NCBI GenBank assembly: GCA_964016885.1 | Contig: OZ024742.1 | Span: forward strand, 299,274,001 to 299,338,000 | Direction of reading: 5' to 3' | Origin: Eledone cirrhosa | Taxonomy: Eukaryota | DNA length: 64,000 nt | Part shown: positions 13,270 through 27,774 of the stretch, piece after piece | Layout: every line of letters begins with the position of its first letter | Numbering within the stretch: position 1 is the first letter of the stretch | Notes under the pieces: generated by a model | What the model saw: the letters and a program-made list of their open reading frames with translations, nothing else | Told to the model about the DNA's origin: nothing | The model's database searches: none | Program-made: the position numbers and the translations under genes

Positions 13270-16015
13270 ATATATATATAGTAATAATAATAAATTTGAA
13301 GGCTAAAATCCAAAGAGGGCTCGAAGAATAAATATATATCAAATATATAAGAACCGTAGAGCAAATATTTATTAAAATAACAGATTAAAGTTTAAGCAAA
13401 TAATCGCTGCTTTCACCCTTAACGGGATCTTCTGAAACTAACAAAGTCAATCTGTAAACGCAGAAGTGGATATTTCAAAAAACGTTGCAACCGGAAACGT
13501 AGAAACGTTCCCTGGCAAAGAACGGGAAAAAACGAATATAATACATCATTAATAGGAACGGTGAAAAACAATTACGCGCAAAGACAGAACCACGTTAATG
13601 TTATAAAAGAGGTCGTAGACTAATGTTCTCTTAGGTGGTTCATAGAGACGTTCCCTGGCAATGAACGAAAAAAACGAAGATAATACGTCATATGTGGTGC
13701 GTGGAGAACAATTGCACGCAAAGACAAAACCACCTAAATAGTATAGCACAAGTCGTAGGAGACCGAATGAATCTCCGCTTCAGAGTTAAGAACAAAGTAA
13801 ATAAATACAGAGGTAAAGGAATTAAATAAATACATACACGCATACAAATACGTACATAAACAAGCATACGCGAAAACACTTACCATAGGTATACAAAACC
13901 ATGCACATATAAATATGTGTGTGTGTGTGTATGCGTGTATACAAATAAATAAATAATTAAAAAAACCTATATAAATAAATAAATACGTATATAACAAGCG
14001 CACACACATACCTACATGTAAATACATAAATGTTCGGAGACGTAAGTCAACCAAAACATTAAGTACACATATACACACACCCTACATACGTACGAACCTG
14101 CATACTCACACAGACGCAAAACACCCGTATACACATAACCAAACCATATGTATCAGAAAATATAAAATTATACGCCATAACATATACAATCAAATATACC
14201 TACAAGAAGGTATACGTACCTTCACAAAACATACAGGTAATATATACTTACCTATGCAAATAAGTAATGGTATAAACAAAACATATACTTAGCTACCACA
14301 TCAAGACGTAAAATATCCACGTATACATCGTACTATCCGTAGGGTATAACGTGGGGCTGTAATACAGGAAAGTTTTGTGCTTCATATTTTTTGTTTAAGA
14401 TGTGGTCTGTGGCGTAGAGTATTTCCAGGGCCTCAGCGACGCAGAGGTCACATGGTCTTTTATTTCAGTTATACGATCTAGCCCTAGCTAGGATCTCCCA
14501 GTGTAACTTATATTGGATGTGGTTGTCTTTTAGACTCCAGATATAAGCTGAAAGTGACGTCACATTCCTTCTTAGAGGGTAACGAAAAGAATGGGTATGC
14601 ATGTAAAGACGCTGCCTGAAACTATTGACGGTTAACCCTATGTAGGCCCTACGGGACGTGGGTGTTTCAACCTTACATTTGTAGACAATGTTACTAGAGA
14701 GGCATTTCCCGGATAGGGGGAAATCAACCCGATTCCTACAATTACAGTTAGTACTAACTACAGGGTTGCACGTGTTCCTACGGCTAGGTAGTTTAGCTAA
14801 ATTAGAAGCTGTGATGTTATGTGCAAGGTTAGGAGTCGTAGAGTAAGAAATTTTAATAGTATTTCTATTAAACATTTTACTATATTTATGTGTAGGGGGA
14901 AAATTCTTCGTAATAAGGGAAAGAAAGATCTTAGCTAATGGTGTGGCCACCTCCATATTATATGGTGGGTTATACCAACTAATGCGACGGGATCTATTTC
15001 TTCTAGGTCTATTTTCGTACTCTGTATATGCTACCTTATCGACAAATCCACTCCGAGCAAGAGCTTCATTGTAATAAGTGGAATGGTCGTTGAAAATATG
15101 CTCGTTAGTAGATGGACGGGAAAGCCTCAACGAAACGTTTCTTAACAGGTTCTTGGTTATGCTGGCAGGATGGTTGGAATGCTTACTTATGTAATTAAGC
15201 GTATCATTCGGCTTTCTATACGGGTAATACAACCCATTCAATAAATTGAGGGTAACGTCGAGGTAATTAACGACCGAGAGATTGGCCTCAACCTGTATAG
15301 AGAGGTTGAAGCCTTTAAAGAAGGCTGTGAGTTCTTTTCTGAACCTGTCGCAAGCACGAGGTCCGCACTTAGTCATGGTCAAAAGACCATCATCACGGTA
15401 CAAACCACCACCCGCGTTGGGGAATTCGTCCTTGATAGATAAAAGAAGGAGAAGGTCGATAAGATCAGTAACCTCCGTAGAATCGCTGTATTTGTATGCG
15501 TGTATGTATTTATTTAATTCCTTTACCTCTGTATTTATTTACTTTGTTCTTAACTCTGAAGCGGAGATTCATTCGGTCTCCTAGTTAGAATTTTAGTCTA
15601 CGACTTGTGCTATACTGTTTAGGTGGTTTTGTCTTTGCGTGCAATTGTTCTCCACGCACCACATATGACGTATTATCTTCGTTTTTTTCGTTCATTGCCA
15701 GAGAACGTCTCTATGAACCACCAAAGAGACCATTAGTCTACGACCTCTTTTATAACATTAACGTGGTTCTGTCTTTGCGTGTAATTGTTTTTCACCGTTC
15801 CTATTAATGACGTATTATATTCGTTTTTTCCCGTTCTTTGCCAGGGAAAGTTTCCACGAACCAAAGTATCGTCTTCCTGTCTTCCTCCGGTTGCAACTTT
15901 TTTTGAAATATCTACTTGTGCGTTTACAGATTGACTTTGTTAGTTTCAGAAGATCCTGTTAAGGGTGAAAGCAGCAATTCTTTGCTTAATCTTTAATCTG
16001 TTATTTTAATAAATA
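13270..16015 (-). mobile_element. Penelope-like element, 5'-truncated, with inverted pLTR
   Basis: ORF 15403-14465: YRDD, YLDVTLNL, CNCR..PLSGKC, NIVY..AYIGLT..FRQRLYMH (GIY-YIG); 15487-16015 is the inverted copy of ~13370-13850. Confidence 0.9.
13389..13439 (-). ncRNA. Hammerhead-like motif, CAGAAGA core variant
   Basis: Stem I agttt/aaact; stem II ccc/ggg; GAAA; stem III agca/tgct; same core at 3018, 15942 and 55004. Confidence 0.55.
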
Positions 16016-16021
16016 TATATG

Positions 16022-16054
<33 letters not shown>

Positions 16055-16159
16055 TAAATTTATGTGCATAAACATATATACATACATATTCATATACATA
16101 CATAAATATATTACACACACACACACATACACACAGACACACATACGCACACACACACG

Positions 16160-16198
<39 letters not shown>

Positions 16199-16476
16199 TT
16201 CTTATCTTGTTTGCTTTTCCCAGATATGATTTTATTAAGCTTTGAATGGGCTGTTCGTTGTTAATTCTTTCATAGAGCAAAACTTAGTATCGTTTGGACG
16301 CCTTTCTATGTATCTATACTTATCTAAACATATATATATCTGAGGAGCAGATCGAGACTGGAGTCGGGTCCATAACTCCTATAGGTCACCTTGAGCCAAT
16401 ACTCTGCTAAACGCGCGTAACAGGTCGATACGCAATAAATATTTTTCATATGTAAACGCAACTTCCTCGTTTTTTT

Positions 16477-16512
<36 letters not shown>

Positions 16513-16947
16513 AAAAAACGAGGAAGTTGCGTTTACATATGAAAAATATTTATTGCGTATCGTATATATATATATATATTTATTGCGTAAGTATATATAT
16601 GGATATATACTTTCGATTTAATTGCATTTAAACAAATGCAGAGATGTCTTATTATCTTTCATTTTCTACGTGTATATTATAATTGGATCCACCAGTATCA
16701 AGTATTTCTAGACTATATATAGAGCATGTGCAGACATTAAGCCTGTATGAGGTGGCGGCATTTTAGCGGTATGTGGCGGTGTTTTGTATGAACAAAATAT
16801 TAGAATAGTAAAGTTCTTTTATTCCCCAAAAGCAATTATTTGTCAACACTTAGCGCATCATCTCGCATTTCCTTTTATTTTCCTGTTTCAGTCACATAAT
16901 TAGTTGTGGCTTAGAGAAAACTGTCAATATTAATTATTATTCTGCTT

Positions 16948-16990
<43 letters not shown>

Positions 16991-17812
16991 ATATATGTAT
17001 GTATGTTCTTCTGGTCTTATAATTTCACAAAGTTTTACCAATAGAGAGAGAGTCGGTTTCTAACATAGACACAAGACTCTCTCATTGGAATTTACACGAC
17101 ATCAACTAGATAGATATGTATGTATGCATGTGTAGATATGGATGTTATTTTATGTGTGGATGTGGATGATTTGATTTGTATGTGTGCATGTGTATATGCT
17201 TTGTATCTGTACATGTGTATATGCAGTTATTAGATGCAACATTTTTGGAATGTTTTACATATTTTTACTGTTCCATTAATGTATGTATGTATGTATGTAT
17301 GTATGTATGTATGTATGTATGTATGTATGTATGTATGTATGTATGTATGTATGTATGTATGTATAAATATATATATATATATATGTATATTTATATATAT
17401 ATATATATATATATATAAATATATATATATGTGTGTGTGTGTGTCTGTATGTGTGTGTGTGTTTGTGTGTGCGTGTGTGCGTGTAGGCATCGATCGATGT
17501 AATGGTGTATCTATTACGAAACCATATTATTTTAATATAAAATGCATTTTTGCAAAGTAGATCGGTGTCTGTTCTGATTGGAAAGTAAAAAGAAGCATAC
17601 GAATGATTCTGTTTGAAATATATAACCATAATAATGTTTACAATAACAGATGTATGAAAGAAAAATGGATAAAATTACTACGTATAAAGTTTTCCAAAAA
17701 TGTATTCATACAAAAATATAAAAACCATCATATTAAACGAAATTTTACAAAATCAAATTGGAGATTGTTTGTACATTTTGCGACGCACACATAATCACAC
17801 AATTATACATGC

Positions 17813-17872
<60 letters not shown>

Positions 17873-18760
17873 GTGAACCTACAGTAACCTCACGTTACAC
17901 TCCGTGGATATATATTTATTTATTTCTTGGTGATGGGCACAGTAAAGTGGTAAAAGATAAGTTCAATCGCGGGTGACCTCGGTAAGGAAGGCACTCAATA
18001 ATATTTATACTCTGCTATGTATTGAGTACCTTACTTCCTATTTGTTACCCCCGATTTTACCCGGGATAAACTTATATATATATATATATATATATGAGCG
18101 TGTGTATCTCATGCCTTATGGTGGCGCTAGGATGATTTGAATTTGAAATACTGGATCCAACCGAAACTGCAATATATAAGAATAACTTTAGGAAATCTAG
18201 TAAAATATTCTTATTGACAAAATGAAAGAGGCCAGCGGCTTTTCCGAAGAATGGAACTCCGTGACTCTCAAATTATGGTTGTTATACGTAGTTCCTAAAT
18301 TGAATAGAAACAGTTGTCAACTTCCATTTAGATAGTAGTAACGGGCTCGATCGGAATTCAAGAGACAGAGGGTTCCGTTCTCTTAGTAGCTGTTAGCCAC
18401 CTTTATCCTTATGAGTATTTTACTATTCATATATTAGCATAACTGGCACTCTGTCGATTACGATGTGTGTTCCGATTACGCCTGTGTTCCGGTTGATACG
18501 ATCAACAGAACAGCCTGCCAGTCAAATCAACTTGCAAGTGGTTCAACATTCCACAGAGATGCATATCCTTAACGTAGTTCTCAGGGAGATTTATTGTTAC
18601 AAATAATGTTGCAAGCCTGACTCTTTTAATTAGATGTATAACTCATATCACTCAACTGAATGGACCGGAACAATATGAAATAAGTGACAGAACGTGCCGT
18701 TGGGAATCGAATTCGTTAAATGACAAAACCATAACCGTTAAGTCTCGCATCCTCATATAT

Positions 18761-18824
<64 letters not shown>

Positions 18825-18936
18825 TGATTTGATGGCAAATTAAACAATAAGTAACCCAAGAACATTAGAAGCGAACCAAAAGTAGGATGCGAACTTCTGC
18901 ATTAACTGATCCAATCTGTGTCATTTTCAGCGATTG

Positions 18937-18998
<62 letters not shown>

Positions 18999-19074
18999 TG
19001 TGTGCGTGTGTGTGGTGTGTGTTGAGAGTTAAATAAAATGTTTTTTTCATGTTTTTGCTCATATTTTATAATAC

Positions 19075-19105
<31 letters not shown>

Positions 19106-19197
19106 CTTCGGTTCCTCAATATATATATAACATATAGTTATCGCTCTACATGGCTGCATACAATAAATGTAATCTGAGTTTTTCAAATATTAATAAT

Positions 19198-19385
19198 TGT
19201 TTCTACTTTAGGCACAAGGCCAGCAATTACCCAGTGCATTACTGGTACTTTATTTTATCGACCCCATAAGGATGAAAGGCAAAGTCAACCTCGGCGGGAT
19301 TTGAACTCAGATCGTAAAGGGACGTAACTATGCTGGAAAGCATGGCGTCCGACCCTCTACCGATACTGCCAATCCACCGCCCTGT
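19198..19385 (-). mobile_element. SINE family 1, full length, with 18-bp TSD
   Basis: TSD ttttcaaatattaataat on both sides. Confidence 0.9.
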
Positions 19386-19499
19386 TTTCAAATATTAATA
19401 ATAATATTCGATTCTTTTGCAATTATGCAAACAAGCTTTTTTAACCCATGTCAGTAGAATGAGCACCTCATTGTTGCTCTTGTGTTGGCATGCGAACAG

Positions 19500-19548
19500 A
19501 ACTGCAGACACTAATGTTTCTGGGAGATTATCCTTCATCAGTGCAGTT
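19500..19548 (-). ncRNA. Type I hammerhead ribozyme
   Basis: RC: aactgca-CTGATGA-aggataatctccca-GAAA-cattagtg-TC-tgcagtt; 7-bp stem I; stem II base imperfect. Confidence 0.7.
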
Positions 19549-19742
19549 TACTGCTCACCTGCCAACTGCATATTAGCAGATCCTCCGATCAGCCAGATTT
19601 GCAAATATGCCAACACAAGAGCAAGAATGAGGGGGTCATTCTGCTGACATGTCTTAAAAGAGGCTGTTTGCATAATTGCAAACGAATCGAATATTATTAT
19701 TAATATTCGTAAAACTCAATTTACATTGATATATATATATAT

Positions 19743-19774
<32 letters not shown>

Positions 19775-21902
19775 TCATTTTATTAAAATAATATAATCTG
19801 TTTTGTTACACCGGGATTACAGTGTAACAAGACTCACTATTTAGCCTTAATAAAAATGAATAATAAAATTGTACTTTGGTATTGACTACTATTTTCTCTC
19901 AACCGTCAACCACATACGTATATATATATATGTGTGTGTGTGTGTCGTGTAAGTGTGTGCATGTGTGTGTGCATGTGTTTATTTCCATATATATATATGA
20001 ATTTTGTGTATGTCTGTGTGAATAGATGTCTGTAGATGTGTGTATGTAAATATCTGCATATATGAAGGAGCACTACTTATACATATATGCAATACGATTA
20101 TTTCAGCTGTTATTTGCCATTTTTTATACTTTTGCCATGTTTTTAACAATATTTCCACTAATTCAATTTAGCAAAATTCGAAAATAATAAAAAAAATTAA
20201 TTGATGATGTTTTTATATCGAAATTTGTTTTTTCTATTCGCAAATTATCCCAAGTATTTGTGAACATACTCATTAGTTCTCTATTGAAAAGTGATTAAAT
20301 GGAAAATAATTTTAGAAAATCTAATGATATTTTGCAGCGAGTCACAAAACAGTAATTCTATTAGGTTACAATCTCATAATTTTTAGCTGCTGTTTTCCTA
20401 TGGCATTGATAATTTCAGGCTTGAATATTTATATAGACATATTTCCCTTTGCGCCGATTCTTTGTATTGAAAATATTTCTAATAATTCTTAACTTTTTTC
20501 CTCTACGGAATCAGTAGGTTTTCTACATTTACTGTGACCGACGACACAACAAACATTATCAAAAGTTATAATTCTGTAGGCGAAGGCCGCATTGAAAAAT
20601 ATGGCATACACTGGATCTTTCGCAAAGAGCAACATAATTAAGTGAGCAAGTCTTTCGAGAAGAGCAACGAACTGACCAGAAAAAGACAAACCAACATGTT
20701 CGTTCTGAAAGAGGAGAACAGTATATATAAGATTTCACCAACATTTACCAGCCAATCCGATTATCACTAGCACCAACCCATTCACACCAGTGTATGTCGA
20801 TGGTTAACGAACGACTAAAATTTCCATAAATGCTCAGGTAGAAAAGTACCAGAGGTGAGTATGGTATGATGTAGGTTTCGGGCCTCGCGGCAGCTGATAT
20901 ACGGTTTTGCATGTAACGTTTTTTCTTACTTAGTAAGACTTTCAGTGAAACACATCATTGTCCGGTGTAGGCGTCGCGTATAGAGCTTTATTGTGATTAT
21001 ATGATCCCCTCACCAACACCGCCTCCGCATCAAAATACTACATAAGCAACAAAAAGAAGTAAATTAGAGTAACAACAAAAGCACAAATCAGAAACTAACC
21101 AACAACATAAAAGAATGAAGTAAGAGTAACAGCTAAAGCTACATTTTAAAAAGACACAGCAATACAATCCACATGAACATAAAAGTATTCCACAATTTCA
21201 CTTCTTTCGAAAATGTTAACTCTGAGTTGATGAATTATGTAATGCGAAATAACAGATAAATATGAAATTGTTGTGGTGGTATTATTTATTTTACTGTACT
21301 TGCTGTTGTTGTTCTTTGTGCGATAGATGGCAGAGTTTGTAATGAGTTTTGAAAGTCTTAAGGACTCGGGTTACTTCCCATTCCTTATATATACTAATTT
21401 CAAATACCATCCTAGAGAAATAAAATAATTAGAAATATCTCTAGGGTCCACGCACTATTTCTGTTCAGCGCCTATGATATATATCATTATGGATGTTGAT
21501 TCATTTTCTTATTTTCTTATTTGACTCTGTTCATGTTTTGTTAATCCTAATTTTTAAGTTTAAAATTACGTTTTGTAATTATTCGTAAGATTCATCTAGA
21601 TTCCCTCACTAAATCTAGAACATGAATAAATCCTCTACCACAATACTAGCCCCGAAAGTCACATCAACAATAAAATACACTACCCACTTAAGCCGTGATC
21701 ACTTACATAGTATGTCAGCACAGTGTACAGTATTAGAACGAGTTACATATCCCATTCCAGACTGCTGGTGGCTTTATACTGCAATCAACATAATGAAACA
21801 CATATAAAGGAACAATAAACGAAATATATGTGGTTTTAATATTTCCACAACCACTGTAATAATTCCATCATCCTCCGCTCACCTTATATATATATATATA
21901 TA

Positions 21903-22165
21903 TCACCTTGATCACCTTGACCGACCAGTCTGTCGGGCGCGAATCGGCGCCGCTGTTCACAGCATGTCGTGCTGTTTTAGCCATAAGATAACGCCATCCC
22001 ACTGGCTGGGCGGGCTGGCCGGTACTCATTCTACAGCTGAGTAAACTGGAACAACGTGAAATAAAGTGTCTTGCTCAAGGAAACAACACATCACCCGGTC
22101 CGAGAATTGAACTCACTACCTTTCGATTGCAAGCCCAATGCTCTAACCACTAAGCCAATCGCCTT
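21903..22165 (-). mobile_element. tRNA-derived SINE family 2
   Basis: RC head tggcttagtggttagagca...gagttcaattctc, then ttccttgagcaagacac; short tandem tail gatcaaggt. Confidence 0.75.
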
Positions 22166-22319
<154 letters not shown>

Positions 22320-22326
22320 CTATGTA

Positions 22327-22803
22327 GTTTAGAAAGCCACAACAATGCAGATGGGAAATCTCGAGGTAAGAAGTGAGTGAGAAATAGGAGAAAAGTGAAA
22401 ATGAAAATGAAAACAAAACAAAGGTAGAAGGGTTACCGTAGTGGAGATTTAATCCCAATATTTCGGGCTCACGCCCATCAACGGGGGAAGTTCCAAAAGG
22501 GGGGGAACAGGCCAAGCAGAGAAAGTTGTGATGTCGTTAAGACAGGAATGCCTGTTAAGACGGCATTCCTGTCTTAACGACATCACAACTTTCTCTGCTT
22601 GGCCTGTTCCCCCCCTTTTGGAACTTCCCCCGTTGATGGGCGTGAGCCCGAAATATTGGGATTAAATCTCCACTACGGTAACCCTTCTACCTTTGTTTTG
22701 TTTTCATCTTTGTCTCTCTCAATTTTCACTTTCTCCTGTTTTCCTATCTATCATTCACTTCCTACCTCGAGATTTCCCTCTGCATTGTTGTGGCTTTCTA
22801 AAC
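22327..22803. repeat. Long palindrome of two head-to-head pLTR-like segments
   Basis: Arms meet at a 9-nt loop (22553-22561); related to 28370-28450. Confidence 0.85.
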
Positions 22804-22807
22804 GACG

Positions 22808-22835
<28 letters not shown>

Positions 22836-22838
<3 letters not shown>

Positions 22839-24866
22839 ATTGTATGTGTATAATAAAGCCAAAACAATGCAGGTATGGACATAGAATAAAGAATGCAAAT
22901 GCAAAAGATATTGTTGACAATTTGTCTTTTACCTTAGATTTATTTAAATACCCTTAATTTTCGAGATAATATCTCTTCTTCGGAGGGAAGTAAAGCGGAT
23001 AAACCAGTGTTCTAAATAGCTTGCAAAGTCATGCTGCAGGAAATGGTATAGAGTATCTGTTCTATCTCTAATGTCAAAGAGTTAAGGTTAGGTGGATAAA
23101 GAGTAGTCTCCCTTTAAAAGGGGTTTTATTGTACATGCCTGTTTAAGTGTGTGGGAGAATGCGTGAAGGTGTAAGTATGTGTGTCTGTGTGTGTGTGTGT
23201 GTGTGTGTGCGTGCGTGTGTGGGGGATGGGGTGTAAATGTGGGGCTAGATGCTCTATCAAGTTATAAATTGGGTGTTGAGTTCTAGTCTATTATTGATTG
23301 GTCGTTGCGTTTTGTCTATAATTAGTGCTTCCTTAATACTAAGATTGCCGAGGTTTTTTCCTTAGTTTCTATCCTAACTGTTATGGTTTTGTCCGTGTTT
23401 TTGAATTTAACAAGGTGTTTCTTAAATGAGGAAGCGTTAGTATTGAGGTGTTCTTTTATTCTTATGTGGAGTGTCTTTTGGTTAGCTGTCGGCGTAGAGA
23501 AGGACCTGAGTGGGCCAGTTGGATATCTAGTCCCTCTCGTCTGATAGATCTGCGGATGGCTGTTGTTGTTTCGTCACTGAAGTGTGTGTGGGACCTTCAG
23601 GAAGCATGTGTTAGTGCCTCGGGTGTGGTGTCCTCTGTTCTTTCTGGGACGGTTCGTGGTGGACGTCGGGTATCCGTTCAGAGTGAGTACTTCCAGGAAA
23701 TGTGTTGTGTGTGTGTCTCGGTCTCTAGCGTCGGTGCATTTGTTCCGGATACGTGTTAGTTCGTTCCTTATGTATCCGAACTTAGCGCCGGCTGGGAGGG
23801 CCAATCTAAAATATACGAACAGATCCCTGCTGGCGGCTTTTTTATAGAAGCGGGTGTGGATGTTGCCTTCCTCTGTTACCCTGAGTTGGAAGTCCAATAG
23901 GGATAGGGATCCACGGTCATCGGGGTGTTCCATGCTGAACTTTATACTGGCGTCCACGCTGGAGAATGTTGTGTATATTTTATCCGCCTCCTTACGGGAT
24001 GATGTAAGGATGAGTATGTTATCTACATATCGGGTGAAGAAGGTATGGGAATGGCAGGTGTTGAGGGCTCGGCATTCTAGCTGATTCATATAGGTGATGG
24101 CCAGCAGGCCCGATAGGCTGGATCCCATGGGTAATCCTGTTCTCTGTCTGTATGTGTGGTGGTGGAAGGTGAAGTACGTGTTGTCCACTGTGAAGGACAA
24201 AAGCTGGTGTATGTCCGTCGGATGGAGGCCGTAGCAGTGGATGTCCTCTGCGACCACGCAGTCCATCAATAAATCGACAGCTGGATGAGCGGGGACTGTA
24301 TTGTAGAGGGAGACAACGTCGAGGGTAAAGGCGTATCTGTTTAGTTTAAGTTGTTCTGGCTGGAGTTGGTGTAGTCTACGTATGAATTCGTCGTAGCTAC
24401 TGACATGCCCGGGAAAGGTGGAGAGTAGAGGCTTGAGGACCTGGGAGAGGAGCCAGGAAATTTTGTATAGGCGTACTTCTATGCTAGAGACGATGGGTCT
24501 TATTTGTGTCTTAGTACTATTCTTGTGTGTCTTGATGAGGTGGTAGAAAGTGGGCAATCTGCTATTTCTAGTGGTGTAGTTGAGCTTAACTTTATTTGGG
24601 AGTTCTCTTCTCCTACAGATGTCGAACCAGATGGAGTTGGTCTGTTTTTCGATCTGGGCTGCAGTCATGTCCGGGTTCTCTGTATATAGTTCATTGTCGC
24701 TTAGGTGTTCAAAGATTAGGTTGTTGTATGTAGCTTGAGAGATGACGCAAAACTCTTTACCTTTGTCGGTATATAAGTTCCCTATTCCGTATGTAAGTAT
24801 ATAAGTTCCCTATTCCGTATGTAAGTATATAAGTTCCCTATTCCATAGGTTCTTCAGGGCTAGTTC
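22836..24866 (-). mobile_element. Penelope-like element, degraded paralog of 30215-33397
   Basis: ORF 24668-23574 highly similar; YVDN in place of YVDD; frameshift; 139-bp deletion in GIY-YIG; pLTR ~22836-23260. Confidence 0.9.
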
Positions 24867-25595
24867 AGGCTAATAAGCTTGAAACTAGTACAGCGTTCCT
24901 TTGTCAGTGTTGAACAAATGAGCAACGATGGTTGCTAGACACTGTATGGCTTAATTCGGGATGTTTGTTTACAAACACAACGAGCATTATAATAAAAGTT
25001 CGGTGAATCCATACGTACATATATATATATATGTGTGCATGTATGTATATAAATATACATACTACTATACGTCTGTATACATATATGTATGTACGTATAC
25101 ATACTTATATTTAAATAACAGCCGTACTAACAGTGAGAAATTTCATTTCATTTCATTTCATTTTTTCCGTTTATCGTTTTCAGTACCACGGCCGATTAAC
25201 TCACTCGATATGCAAATTAGGCTGCTCAGCCGTTAATATGCATAAAGAAAGTATATACTTTCAGACGTTCAACCGTCTGGCAGGAAGGTATACGTTGCAG
25301 ACGATAGCTAATAAGCTTGAAACTAGTACAGCGTTCATTTGTCAGTGTTGAACAAATGAGCAACGATGGTTGCTAGACACTGTACGGCTTAATTCGGGTT
25401 GTTTGTTTACAAACACACCGAGCATTATAATAAATGTTCCGTGAATCCATACGTACATATATATATGTATGCATGTATGTATATATATATACTACTGTAC
25501 GTCTGTATACATATATGTATGTAAGTATACATACTTATATTTAAGTAACAGCCGTACTAAGAGTGAAAAATTGAAATTTCTCTTCATTTTTTTCC

Positions 25596-25838
<243 letters not shown>

Positions 25839-25862
25839 TACCGACTCTGCTACCTACTCTGC

Positions 25863-25925
<63 letters not shown>

Positions 25926-26039
25926 ATCTTAAAAGCCTTTTGACACACATCCCTGCTAACCATTATCACAACATCGAACACCTTACTACTACTACACACA
26001 CACACACACATATTTGTTGTGAAAGAGTCATTTCTCAAT

Positions 26040-26284
26040 CTTGGCGCAAAACCAATTTTTTATTCACATGACCTCTACCGACCAATCAAAATTGTTTTGA
26101 CCACAAGAATTTTTGCAAACACCAAATAGCGCTGGAGCCACTTTTTTAACATAAAAACAGACTTGGCGCAAAATCAATTTTTTACATTCACATGACCTCT
26201 ACAGACCAATCAAAACTGTTTTGACCACAAGAATTTTTGCAGCACCAAAGTAACGCTGGAGCCACTTTTTTAACATAAAAACAG
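26040..26284. repeat. Tandem duplication, ~122-bp unit
   Basis: cttggcgcaaaa...cataaaaacag occurs twice. Confidence 0.85.
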
Positions 26285-26851
26285 GTAGAATTCCCAAAAC
26301 TAATTAGATCAGAGCAAACAACACGGACACTCTATCTCAAAATTATTTTTGAAAAGCATTTAGAAATGCGCAACCGGTAAAAACTTAAAAACTTAAAACC
26401 ACAACTGAATACTAACCCATACAATCACTAATACTCTTTTATTCCTAATTAAACCATTTTCAACTGTGAACAATTTGTCAGCATTTTCCATTCCGAGGAA
26501 CGATGGTTGCTAGACACTACGGGTTAATACGGAATGTTTGTTTACAAACACACCGAGCATTATAATAAATGTTCGGTGAATCCATACGTACATATATATA
26601 TATGTGTGCATATATGTATATATATATATACATACTACTGTACCTCTGTATACATATATGTATGTACGTGTACGTACTTATATTTAAGTAACAGCCGTAC
26701 TAAGAGTGAGAAATGAAATTTCGTTTCATTTTTTCCGATTATCGTTTTCGGTGCACCCGGCCGATTAGCCCACTCGATTGCAAATTGGGCTACTCAGCCG
26801 TTAATATACATAAGGTAAGTATATACGTTCAACAATCTGGCAGGAAGGTAT

Positions 26852-26894
26852 ACGTTGCTGACGATAGCTAATAAGCTTGAAACTAGTACAGCGT
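26852..26894 (+). ncRNA. Minimal type I hammerhead ribozyme
   Basis: acgttg-CTGACGA-tagctaataagctt-GAAA-ctag-TA-cagcgt; the copy at 25292-25334 has CAGACGA. Confidence 0.8.
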
Positions 26895-27176
26895 TCCTTT
26901 GTCAGTGTTGAACAAACGAGCAACGATGGTTGCTAGACACTACGGCTTAATTCGGGATGTTTGTTTACAAACACACCAAAGCATTATAATAAATGTTCGG
27001 TGAATCCATAAGTACATATATATATGTGTGCATGTATGTATATATATATATATACTACTGTACGTCTGTATACATATATGTATATACATGTACATACTTA
27101 TATTTAAGTAATGGCCGTACTAAGAGTGGTAAATGAAATTTCGTTTCATTTTTTCCGTTTATATATAAATATATAT

Positions 27177-27249
<73 letters not shown>

Positions 27250-27255
<6 letters not shown>

Positions 27256-27710
27256 GTGTGTGTCCGCATGTATCTGTGTGTTTCTAAATATATTAATAAC
27301 TCCCTCTGGTCGAGCAATCTTTGAAGTGTGGGGACAACTGGAAAGCTTCCATTACTCATACTTCTCGCCTTCTTCACTACCTCTTCTACGGCCTCGATAT
27401 GAATACCCCCTCCGCCTCCGTGGTATTTTCTTCGTGGTTATAAGAGGCTTAGCTCTGTTTCTCGACCGTTATATCGCGTGACTGTCTCCCCCTCCGCCTT
27501 TTGGGATTCTTTCTCACGTCGTGTAGACGCGTTCTTGAGACTAGTAAAATGAGGTATCCTCTTGATAAGTCGGCAGACCTCGCAAGGACTCTATATCTTT
27601 GATATATTGTTTTTGTTTATGCCACGAAACTACGTAGTCGAGGAATTTAGGAACAGTTTAGGTATGATACATTTTATTACTAATTATATCTAAATGTTTC
27701 TTCTCTCTTC

Positions 27711-27714
<4 letters not shown>
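27250..27714 (+). mobile_element. Family A retrozyme-like copy
   Basis: Matches ~54431-54895; HHR at 27557-27644; (TA)n on both sides. Confidence 0.8.

Positions 27715-27774
<60 letters not shown>

Larger units (their letters stand above)
19166..19727. mobile_element. Foldback element with internal HHR, interrupted by a SINE
   Basis: Imperfect inverted arms ~19386-19492 and ~19606-19710 extending to 19166/19727; HHR in the loop. Confidence 0.7.

Noticed and set aside
24768-24844. CRISPR-like 28-nt repeats
   Set aside because: No spacers and no cas genes; a tandem stutter of PLE sequence in eukaryotic DNA
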